Source: Camelus dromedarius (taxonomy: Eukaryota). Taken from it: a DNA stretch of 64,000 nucleotides. The stretch covers positions 12,648,001-12,712,000 of the forward strand of contig NC_087447.1 in assembly GCF_036321535.1 (NCBI RefSeq), written 5' to 3'. Both the position numbers and the translations under genes were made by a program. Positions 1 through 10,253 of the stretch are shown one piece after another. Every line of letters starts with the position of its first letter. Positions within the stretch are counted from its first letter, which is position 1. Under the pieces are notes generated by a model, which did no database searches, was not told where the DNA came from, and was given only the letters and a program-made list of their open reading frames with translations.

Positions 1-399
1 TTTGGGAATTGCAATATATTTAAAATTTATATTTATTTTGATGGTCTTGGTTTGAGAGATCTATAGAATAAAATGGATTTTTTCCTAGAAGACTTGCTCT
101 ATTTAATGACCTTAATGGCAGCCTGTTTCACCTGGGCAAGACTATATTGAGGACAAGTTTCATCTTATTTTACATCTCAATTAATAGAAATATCTTAATA
201 TGCTTGTGGTGACATATTAATTTAACTCAGCTTAAAGTCGTTAAGGTTTATCAAAAGCAAGACACTGTAGTTTTTAAGAATGATTTAATATATGCGTACT
301 GCCTATAAAGAGTGATGTTTATTTATGGAAAAAAAACCTCACAACTGTTTTACCATGAGACTTCCTAGGATAAGAGAAACTGTTAATGTATTAAAAAAA

Positions 400-560
400 A
401 TTGTTTTGTGAGCACAGAGGAAGAAAAAATTAATTCTGACTAAGGCTTTTAAGGTAGTTCTTCCGGAGGAGATGACCATAGAGCTGGGCTTTGGAAGTTG
501 TATAGAATTTCAAAAGGTAGAGGTTGGGTGCAAAAGCATTTTCTAAAGAAAGAGGCAACT
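400..560 (-). mobile_element. L2 fragment
   Basis: ggcttt...ggaggagatgaccatagagctgggctttggaag resembles antisense L2 3' region. Confidence 0.45.
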
Positions 561-1420
561 GATGGAAGGGAGAATAGCTTGGTTGTGCCTGGGACACCAA
601 TTACAGACAAAAAAATCCAGAAGAGGTGAGGCTAAATAGTAAACTGGATCACACGAGGAGTGAAGGGAGAGCTTTGCCAACATAATTAGACATAATTTGA
701 TATAGGTAGGAACCATCAATACTCTAACCTGAGTAGCACCATGAGGGGCATATAAGGGGCATATAACTTTTTCATTGTTCAACATGTTTTAACATGTTCA
801 ACGTGAGAGACAAGAATTCTGTGAAGGGCAATGCTTTCTTTTAACCAAGGTAGACAGTGACTGCATAAATGGCCACCATTGTTAATCTTACATTTTTATA
901 AGCAGGGCTGTCTATTTTGTGTGTGTTAGGAACTAGCTTAACTAGTGTATTTATACAATTTCTTATTTGCTAGGAATAAATGCATGGTTAGAGATAGTTA
1001 AAAAACTACATAGAAAGGTTAGGGTTAATTATATGGGAAGTACTAATGCTCATAATTTGAGAATTTTTATTTCTTCTAAATACTAAACAAAGGAAAGGCA
1101 GAAACTAAAAATTCCATGTGGCTTTTTTTTGCCTCACACATGGTCAGATGTTTACACACATTCTAACATTTCAAATCCTCAAAGAAAGCCCCTGGGACAA
1201 CATCTCCAAGGTGAGAACACTGAGACTTACAGAGGTAAGTTGTCTGCACAATTATAGAGCTTATGTGTACCACAGTTGTGATTTTTCAGATGAAATCTGC
1301 TCAGTTCCAAGACTTATGTGCTGATTTTATGACGTGAATATCAGTATTAAGGAGATCAGAAATATTTCACTACAAAATATGTATTTTTTAAATTTTGGAA
1401 AGTGTGGGTTCATCACCAGT

Positions 1421-1976
1421 TGTGGGTTCTGGCCAGCAGAAGTCCCACCGAGATGGAACGATTTACTCAAGACTGGGGGAAAGTCAAGAGCGCGAGAGGG
1501 AGTCGGGAGCCAACTCTGTGAGCCTCTCAAATCTCTTATATTTATTGAGTACAGTCAGAAGCAGGAAATTAGGGAAGGACAGGGTGGGATCACAATAAGT
1601 ACAAAGGCTTTGTTTGTTGTTGGTGTTTGGCTCAAGGTCAGAAGACCCTTTTTGGGGAATCCTGTTCGTGTTGAGTCTTTCAGCTTATCAGGGCGGAACG
1701 TATGGGAATCAGCTGCTTGACAAGATTTTTCTTGGACTCAGGCGGCTGTGCCTGTCTTAGGTTGCTCCCTCAGGGGATCTTACCTTCTCACCTCTGAGTC
1801 CGCAGCGCAGCTTTTTATAACTTGTTTACCATTCCAGCCCAAGGCTGTTTGGGGGATAGAAGACTAACAGCTGGCATGCCAAGCATTTATAGCCCGGGGC
1901 CTGGGTCATTGTTAAAACCTCAAGGCCATTGCTAAGTGCATCTTCTTTAAGAAGATAAGCGGCTGGGATCCTTACA
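1421..1976 (-). mobile_element. ERV-type LTR (probably ERV1 class)
   Basis: On the minus strand it runs TGTAAGG...CCCACA. AATAAA at ~1541-1546 and TATA-like sites at ~1815 and ~1888. A TGG-initiated PBS-like 13-mer follows immediately. No clean TSD. Family not verified. Confidence 0.55.
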
Positions 1977-2460
1977 ATTTGTTAACCCAATCATGGGCTC
2001 CCACAGGAAAGCACCAAGATACCTTGGTAGACCATTTTTAAAGAAGGCAAGACTGAAGAATGTGAACACACAAGAGGGTACGATGTGATGTCTCGGTGTC
2101 CTCTGCTGGGAGATGAGGAACAGATAGTGAGATATTCTGCAGGGAAAACCATGCACACACACTGGAGCAAAAGGTGAACTGCTTACAATAGTATGAAGAG
2201 GAAATAAGCAGTACTTGAGGTGGTTCCAGGGAATAAGAGAGAGAGATAAGAAATAGGAGGGAGGAAAAATAAGAGAAATTGGAGATGTGTTATGAAGCTG
2301 GGGATTAAATATGGAATCAAATACTATAAGTAGCCAGGGGAAAAATCCCGTGTTAGGGCGCAGAGGGGAATTTAGAGAATAAATGTCTAATGTTTACATT
2401 TTATTTTTTTATTCTTTCTGTGACAAATATTATCTTTCACCTACATTCCATAGAATTGCA

Positions 2461-2461
<1 letters not shown>

Positions 2462-2496
<35 letters not shown>
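2462..2496 (+). repeat. (TG)17 microsatellite
   Basis: Perfect dinucleotide run. Confidence 0.98.
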
Positions 2497-2498
<2 letters not shown>

Positions 2499-2734
2499 AT
2501 TTTGGACGTCTAAATGGCATGGAACGGATAGAAAAGAGGTTGAAGGCGATTTTGAAAGCTCTCAAGAGGCTAACATCTGGGCTACCTGAGCACTGTTATC
2601 ACAGTTTTAAAGTAGTCATAGCATGGTCCTTGGGTGTAAACTCTGAGGGATTAATTAAATTTTAACTAACAATTATCACTTGATGTAGATTTAGCTTGTA
2701 TAGCAGTCAGTCTTATGGGAGTCCTGAGCACTGA

Positions 2735-3200
2735 TTGCATTCGTTGGATAAGTTTCAGTTCCCACTAGAGTGAAAGAAAATGACTTAAACAAGTTAGAAG
2801 TTCAATTCTCATTTACATGAAATTCTCAAGTTCAGCCCTGCCATGATTTTAGGAGTTTCAATCTGCTTTTTCCACCATCTCATCCGGATGATCTGGGATG
2901 GCTGAGCACTCCATCCCTATCACAGCCAGTGGCAGGTGGACAAGTGGAAGAGGAGGGCAAGCCTGTGTTATAAAGGTTCAGATACAAATTGCACATTTCC
3001 CTTTAGTTACCTTCTCTTGTCTGGGACCTACTCTCAGGTGGTAGCAAATCTAGCTTGAGAATAACCAAAGAAAAGGGAAGTTGTTGTGGCTGTTTGCTTT
3101 GTTTACTTTGGTTTTGCTTTGTTTCTTAACTGCTGCCCCATAAAGACCAACTCTGGATCCAAGGATCAAAACTAATACAGATATGGGGGAGGTACTGCTT
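2735..3200 (-). mobile_element. Old MaLR (MLT1-like) LTR
   Basis: Degenerate similarity to MLT1 consensus (gacttaaacaa...tttattctc, atggctg...ctcca). Subfamily uncertain. Confidence 0.45.
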
Positions 3201-4059
3201 CTAGTTTAGACTCCAGTCAAATCCCAGCCTGTAGGTCTGTCTTGCCACATGACCCTTCAGTCTGTTCTCACAGTTGAAGCAACATGCTGGACTAAGTAAT
3301 TTCTGTGGTCTAATTCAGGTCCTGTGACTGAAAAAGTAACTTTGTTGCAGTTTATTGAATTAAGAGGAAAAATGTTAGAAGACTTTTTGAAAGTTTTCCG
3401 GTACATTATACTGGTTCCCATTCATGATAAAAGTTTTGCAACTGTTTGTCTTTTCAAAGATTTATCTCTTCTTTTATTTTTTCCCCCCAACTAGCACCTA
3501 GTCATTGTAAAATAGGAATACTGAGATTTTATATCTACAAAGGTGAATTAAGATATATCTTTTAATTGTTATCAGAAAAAGAACTTTTGGTACAAGATTC
3601 TCGACTGCTAATTAAGTTATCTGGTAAATTCAATTAGATAAGTGGTGAGGGTCCATTTGTTTATTGACACTGAGTGGCAAAACCTGGGATGAGAAATTTG
3701 ATGTAAGGTTAAGTAAAATATGGAGAGCAGACAGAGTAGAAATGGAAATGGGTAAGAAATGTCGTGACAGAAACCAAAAAGATAAATAGACTAAGAGAAA
3801 TAACAAAAATTAACAAAGAAAAACAATTGAAGTTGTCTAATGGCAGACACCCAGAGTCAGCTTGAGCATATTTGCTAGCATTTAATTAGATCTTGTTCTA
3901 ATTAACCACTATGTCTGGGGTCTATTAGGACAAAGACAAGTCACAGAAAATGAAAGCAAAAAATGCAGAGAAAAAAAATGTTCTAAGATTCTATGATATT
4001 TTTCAACTTAAAAAAATTCTGTATTGATCCAAAGTTCTCATTTCCCATTGAAGAAAATT

Positions 4060-4983
4060 ATGAGAAGAAACTTCACTTCAGTGACTGAGTTCATTCTCCT
4101 GGGACTGACCAGTCGCCTGGAATTGCAGATTCTCTTCTTTGTGCTGTTTCTGGCCATTTACGTGACCACGGTGGCAGGGAATCTTGGCATGAGTGTCCTC
4201 ATCTGGGTCCATGCACGGCTCCACACGCCCATGTACTTTTTCCTGAGCCACTTGTCCGTCATGGATCTGTGCTTCTCTTCCAACGTGACTCCAAAGTTGC
4301 TGGAGATTTTCTTATCAGAGAGGAAAACCATCTCCTATTCTGCTTGTCTGCTGCAGTGTTACTTCTTTATTGCCCTGGTCCCTGTGGAGATCTACATCCT
4401 GGCTGTGATGGCCTTGGATCGGTACATGGCCATCTGCAACCCTCTGCTTTATGGCAGCAAAAGGTCCGGGAGCGTGTGCACCTCCCTCATCACAGTGCCT
4501 TATGTGTATGGGGCACTCACTGGCCTGATGGAGACCATGTGGACCTACAGCCTCGTCTTCTGTGGCCCCAGTGAAGTTAATCACTTCTACTGTGCTGACC
4601 CGCCACTGATTAAGCTGGCTTGTTCCGACACCTACAACAAAGAGTTGTCCATGTTTGTTGTGGCTGGGTTTAACTTCACCTACTCTCTCCTTATCATCCT
4701 CATATCCTATAGCTACATATTCCCCGCTATCCTGAGGATTTGTTCCAGAAGGAAGGCGCAAAGCTTTCACTACCTGTAGCTCTGATCTGACAGCTGTCAC
4801 CATATTCTATGCAACTCTTTTCTTCATGTACCTCAGACCGCCCTCAAAGGAATCCGTGGCACAGGGGAAAATGTTGGCCGTGTTTTATACCACTGTGATC
4901 CCCATGTTGAATCCCATGATCTACAGTCTTAGGAACAAGCTTTCATCAGAGAACTGTTCCACAGAAAACTGCTTTCTAAATAA
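4060..4983 (+). pseudogene. OR5M8: Olfactory receptor pseudogene, OR5M8 orthologue (two frameshifting deletions)
   Basis: ATG at 4060 ([17 protein letters not shown]); [27 protein letters not shown]. The frame breaks at ~4747 (tcc a|gaa gga agg, inferred -2) and stops at 4777-4779. The shifted frame continues [17 protein letters not shown]...[13 protein letters not shown], followed by an inferred 13-bp deletion before the old stop at 4981-4983. 924+2+13=939 nt restores 312 aa. Very close to the recalled human OR5M8 protein. Confidence 0.92.
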
Positions 4984-6284
4984 ATTTGGATTCTAATTTT
5001 AAGCACTTTTATTTTGTATGTCCTATGACCTTCTTTTAGATCTTAGTACAAAAATAATTTGTCCAAATCCATATCTTTTTCTTGAAGGGGTGGGGGAAGT
5101 TTTCAGAGAGAAAATTTAACTAAAAGGAATCCGAGCATCGATGTCAACTGGTAAGAATTTTGAATTCTCCAGGAAGACTTTGCTTGTTGAGACCCAAAAG
5201 TAAAGACTTGTACATTGATGGATCACTGCCAGTAAGAAATTCAATTTACTCCTTGGGAAAAAAAACTATTAAAGCTAGAATTATATTTTATCTTTGGAAG
5301 GTTTAGTCATACAGTTTTAGCTGTCTCTTAATGGGGATTATGCATTTTAACATGTAGCCAATAACTTAAAAAAAAAACCAAAACACTTCTGCACAAATTT
5401 ACTAAATAAACATGCCTTCCTTACAGCTGAAAACCAGCACTGCACTTGAAATTTCAGAGTGGGGAAAATTTCCCCCCTACCTCATTTAAGTTCTTTTGAC
5501 TGGTCTAATAATTAAATGGACACAGGAAAGATAAACATAATGAAACGATTTAATTCATTTGCACAGAGTTGTCATAAAAAATGAGATGCTCAAAGTGACC
5601 AAAGCAAGCTGTTTACATACCATTTTTAGACAAGTCACCATTATTTGTGAAGATTTAACAAGACCAAGGCGCTTGTGCTGGGGTACTGAAGTAATGAAGA
5701 AGTAACGAGGTTTGTTATACAGCTTTCTGGGACCTGGATTCTCTTACTGTGGTGACAAAGATGCTCTCTATCCTCCTGCTGTGGAGGATACCTTTACATG
5801 GGAGACTTTTTTTCCCACATTTGAGGAAAAGAGGAGGGTCAGAGTCTTTTTTAAATAATTTTTTTTCACTACCTGTTTCTCAAGTAACTTTATTTCAAAG
5901 TAACCAGTATGCAATTGTGGTTCATCTTGGGGTGTCCTTCTCTGAGCCCCAACAAACTCATCCAACCTACAACACAAGTCTCATCTCAGTTAACTCACCT
6001 GGCACCTCAATTCTTGGCCCTTCTTCCACTAAACCCACCTCTGGCCTGAAATGCACCATAGACTTGGTCTCTCGGGAAGCACGCTTATCTCGCCATGATA
6101 TATTCCTGCCTATTCTCTTTGAACTCCTGAAGAAAAAAAAAGAAAAAATATTAATTGGTCAAATTGTATTTCTTAAAAGTCTGAATGAAGAGATATAGTT
6201 ACTTGATAATGCATTGAACATGTGTCTAATACTAGTATATCAACCCATGAGGTGTGCAACATAGTTATAATAAAAAGTCACCTC

Positions 6285-6470
6285 ACATTTGCACAGCACT
6301 TTGTAAATTCTACGGTCCTTTTCCTTACCCCCACTCGATTGCACAGAATATGAAGAGTAGATGATACTTATTTTCAATGGGAACCATGTGAACAGAAATT
6401 ATTTTTCCTATAAAGACAAAAACCTTGCAGCTCAAATGTCAAACTGACCACAGAGAGTCAAATCCAGCAC
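6285..6470 (-). mobile_element. MIR fragment
   Basis: ctcacatttgcacagcacttt... resembles the antisense MIR tail and core. Confidence 0.4.
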
Positions 6471-7644
6471 CAGCTCTTCCAGTCTTGTAGGTGTGGGTTT
6501 TCTGGGTGCTGACGCAGACAGGTCCCCTGAAGGTGACTTGGAGCTTTAAGGATAATCACCTGCATGGAAGATGAGAAGCCAGTGATGAGGCGCACACAAA
6601 GCGAGCGGTGAGAACAGAGACCCCTTATGGTACTGTGGTTGTTGAAGGGTCCCCATCTCTACACAAGCAGAGTCAGTGAGAACAACAACAAAACCAAAGT
6701 AGTCTGTTTAGGCTTTGACTAATGGAGACGTTAAAAATTATCTCATCTGAAAATTTAAAACAATAATTGAATTATTATGTCAATTTGAGGTTTAGATTTA
6801 CACTTCTTTCATGATCTGTCAGATCCTAAGCTCAAAAAAAAAAAAAAATTAAAGGGCTCCTAGTTTGGAAAACACTGCATAGGACTGGCACAAACATACA
6901 CAAATGCACGTCAAAGGAGTGAACTCTCAGCCACTCGGACCTCCAAGAATTTCCACAGATAAAGCTCCTGTTTATGCAAATTTTCAGGAAAATAAGAAAA
7001 AACATAGGTGGATACTCTCAACTTCAGATATTTGCATTACTTGATGCAAAGTATGACAAAAATACACTTACTAGTTAAAAGCGATAGAGGTTAAATTTAA
7101 AACTATGAGACTATAGATTGCAATATACAACCAGATCTTCAGAGGAAACTGACAGTTTAGAACTGAGGAAAAATTGGGTTTGTCAGGAAAACCATCTTCC
7201 AAGAAGGAGAAAAAACAGGTGACTATACACACACACACACGTACACACACATATATAAATACAGACTACATAGAGCAATAATACCATATAATTTGTGGGT
7301 TCAAAAGATACAACTGACTTCCTGGAAAACAGTAGATTATCAAGAAGGAGGAAGTGATGGTAGCTAAGTTTTGTTTTTTTTTCCTTTAATCTTTGTATTT
7401 TTAGGATAGTAAAAACATTGGGTATCTTCAGATTTATTAAGGTTAGTGTGGGTGTTAATCTACCAAATGTTATTAATGAAAGATTAAACATGGAATCTAT
7501 CTAGCCAAAATTCGGGAGAAAGATGGTCAATAGATAACACATTTATAGTGTTGGCTAAGTGCAGAATGATATTCAAAGCTCTTTACAGACTTTTTCCCAG
7601 ATATTTACAGATATCTGTCAATAGTCTTCAGAACAACTGAGACA

Positions 7645-7765
7645 CATAATGTTATTGTCTCAATTTTAAACTCAGAAAACCTGAAACAAAGAGTCGTTAA
7701 ATGACTTGCCCCAGATTATACAGGAAGCAACAGGCGGAACTGGAAATTATGATGTGATCTAGCTC
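7645..7765 (-). mobile_element. MIR core
   Basis: attgtctcaattttaaactcagaaaacctga...ttaaatgacttgccccagattataca. Confidence 0.65.
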
Positions 7766-7849
7766 TAATTTATGGTAGTTTGTTATAATACTACTGAATC
7801 AGTCCATGAGAGTGTGGGATAAATAGCACAGCAAATTATGAACTGTTCT

Positions 7850-8355
7850 CAACAATACACATTTAAAGAACCAAGTCACATGTCACAATGTGCTCAACTT
7901 CACTGGTGATCAGGAAAATGCAAATTACAACTACAACGCATACCACCCAGCAGAGGGAAAAGAAAAGAAAAAAAAACCCTCATAATATTAAGTATTGTAG
8001 AGACTGTGGAGCAACAGGACTGCTTACATAGTGCGCTCGTGGGAAAGTAAATGATAGAACCAGTTTGTAAAACTTTTCTGTTTGTAAAACTCAGTATCAG
8101 CTTAAGCACAATATATGCATATCCTGCAAACCAGCAACTCTACCCAGAGTTCTACCAAGCAGAAATGGATGAAAGTGGACATACAGAGATATGTGCAAAA
8201 ATGCATTTTGTAATAGCTGCATCTGGGTGCGCTCTAAATAGTTCTCCAAAATAAGAAGAATATATAAATTAAGTACAGTCATACAATGGATACTACACAG
8301 CAGTGGTAATAAAAGAATTACTGCTGTGCTCGTTACCTTCAGCAGCTTGAGTGGA
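7850..8355 (+). mobile_element. Old L1M ORF2 3' end / 3'UTR fragment
   Basis: tgctcaacttcactggtgatcaggaaaatgcaaattacaactaca, gtggagcaacagga, acaatggatactacacagcagt. Confidence 0.75.
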
Positions 8356-8361
8356 AACCAT

Positions 8362-8490
8362 GCTGCAGACTGAATATTTGTGTCCCGCCAACATTCACAT
8401 GCTACAGCTTAACCTCCAGTGTGGCGGTGCTAGATGTGGGGGACTTGGCTAGTGATGATGTCAAAGGCACAGACCTCAGGAATGGGATTA
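8362..8490 (+). mobile_element. MLT1A/B-like LTR 5' fragment
   Basis: tgc...gactgaatatttgtgtccc...acctcaggaatgggattag matches the MLT1 start. Confidence 0.65.
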
Positions 8491-8888
8491 GTTATTTAGT
8501 TATTAGAGTATGCTAGCTAGTCATTCATATATTTACGTGTACTTGTTGATTAGTTTCTATTAGGCACGATTATGGTCATGAGTAGTTATCAATCTCTTCT
8601 ACCTGTCACATTCCATGGGTTTTTCTTCTGGAAATTAACCATCTACAGCTATTACCATTTATTTACATCTCATAGGCATCCCTTCAAAGTGCAAACTCCT
8701 CTACAGGGAGGATGTAATTTTCATATTTGTATTCTAAAGATCAAAAAGCCTTGAACTTTGTGTTAAGTATATTTTTGCTGACAACTTTTAATTTTCAGAT
8801 GACTCATTTCTCTGACCTTAGAGCAACACTTTCAGTGTGTTCCCGCTTTCAGTATGTTCATTATTCTTGTCTTAATAGTTGGTTGTCA

Positions 8889-9050
8889 GGGGGGAGGTAA
8901 TAGCTCAGTGGTAGAGCAGGTGCTCAGTATGCACGAGGTCCTGGGTTCAGTTCCCAGTACCTCCATTAAAACAAACAAACAAACAAAATTACCTCCCCAT
9001 CCCAAAAATATAAATAAATAAATAATTTTAAAAACAAAAAACAAACAAAA
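8889..9050 (+). mobile_element. tRNA-derived SINE (camelid Vic-1-like)
   Basis: A box (tagctcagtggtaga), B box (gggttcagttccc), attacctccccc tail and A-rich end. 15-bp TSD aatagttggttRtcM at 8874-8888 and 9051-9065. Confidence 0.9.
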
Positions 9051-9685
9051 AATAGTTGGTTATCCAATATATACATAGATACCTCTGTCCTCTCTCAGTT
9101 TTGAAGTCTTCTTCACCGTGACCACCAACACATCGCCACCACCACTGTCATCACCGTCAACCACAATAACAAATACAGTCTCTTGTTGGGCTCCAGAAAA
9201 TGAGCTGGACTTGGTGGAAGACATAATGCATCAGTAGATGACTGAACTGGGAAATATGAGATGAAGATTTGATGGAAAACTCACTTTGTCTTTGTGGGAT
9301 TCCATTTGTCAGTGTTCAGAATGAACTTTACCTGTGTTATCATCAATGTCTTTTCTAACCTATGTAACTGTATGTATATATGAAACATGTAGACAGAATT
9401 CTAAGCATTTCCAAATTTAGATTATTATATTTCTTTGACATATAACTTATCTAGATTTTTTAAAAAAAATTTCCCTAAGTATTGAGATACTTAAGTTTTT
9501 AATTTTGTCTTTAGTCCCCAGCTTATTGGCACAGGGTGATTATAAACAACCTGAATGCAGATCATTTGTTGAAAAGCTTTCAGACTTGCTTTATGGTACA
9601 TGTATTGATGTCTAATTATGGAAACACTACTGAGATAGCATAACTAAAATCTTTTGCATATTTTTACAATATTTACCCCAGTACA

Positions 9686-9760
9686 ATTTTTTTCCGTATC
9701 TTTAAAGGAGATACTGGGGGTTGAACCCAGGATAAGCTCTACCACTGAGCTATACCCCTC
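9686..9760 (-). mobile_element. Same SINE family, internally deleted copy
   Basis: Minus strand reads tatagctcagtggtagagc-ttat-cctgggttcaacccccagtatctcc; ~17 bp of the anticodon-arm region is missing. Confidence 0.8.
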
Positions 9761-9862
9761 ACTTCCAGCATGGTACAATTTTTAACCACAGTTTCAGTGA
9801 TTTAAAAAATCTTTTATATCTCTCCTTAGATAATCAACCAATGCCTCACGTATGACAAAGAC

Positions 9863-10253
9863 ATGTTCAGAAGAAACTACACTGAAGTGACAGAATTTCT
9901 TCTCTTGGGTCTGACAAGCCTTTGCGAGTTGCTTTCTTTGTCTTGTTCCTTGCAGTTTACATAGTCATTGTGATAGGAAACCTGGGCGTGATTGTCTTAA
10001 TCAGAACTGATGCTCGACTTCACATGCCCGTGTACGTTTTCCTCTCAAGTTTGTCTGTTTTAGATCTGTGTTTCTCCACAAATGTCACTCCCAAAATCTT
10101 ACAGAATTTCTTATCAGAGAAGACGACTATCTCATATGCAGGCTGTCTGGTGCGGTTCTGTATTGTCATGGCTGTGGTCCTTACAGAACACTGCATGACG
10201 GCTGTCATGGCATACAACTGCTACGTGGCCATCTGCAATCCTCTGCTCTACAG
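9863..10253 (+). pseudogene. 5' half of an OR5M-like olfactory receptor, frameshifted and truncated after TM3
   Basis: MFRRNYTEVTEFLLLGLTS from 9863 and a frameshifting deletion at ~9920, then GN, LHMPVY, STNVTPK and [15 protein letters not shown] (DRY decayed to NCY). OR similarity ends abruptly at ~10253. Candidate acceptor tctccttag ends at 9829. Confidence 0.9.

Noticed and set aside
1334-1720. 128-aa ORF
   Set aside because: Antisense to an LTR, GTG start, no recognisable domain.
4315-4803. Antisense and alternate-frame ORFs over OR genes (also 15498, 54718, 59331)
   Set aside because: Expected shadow ORFs of coding sequence.
5749-6198. 149-aa ORF starting VVTKMLSILL, faintly like the OR TM2 'PKML' motif
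   Set aside because: No other OR motifs, non-ATG start, and it lies next to an L2-like remnant; chance.
8064-8092. Direct repeat gtttgtaaaact x2
   Set aside because: Small local duplication inside an old L1; no wider structure.
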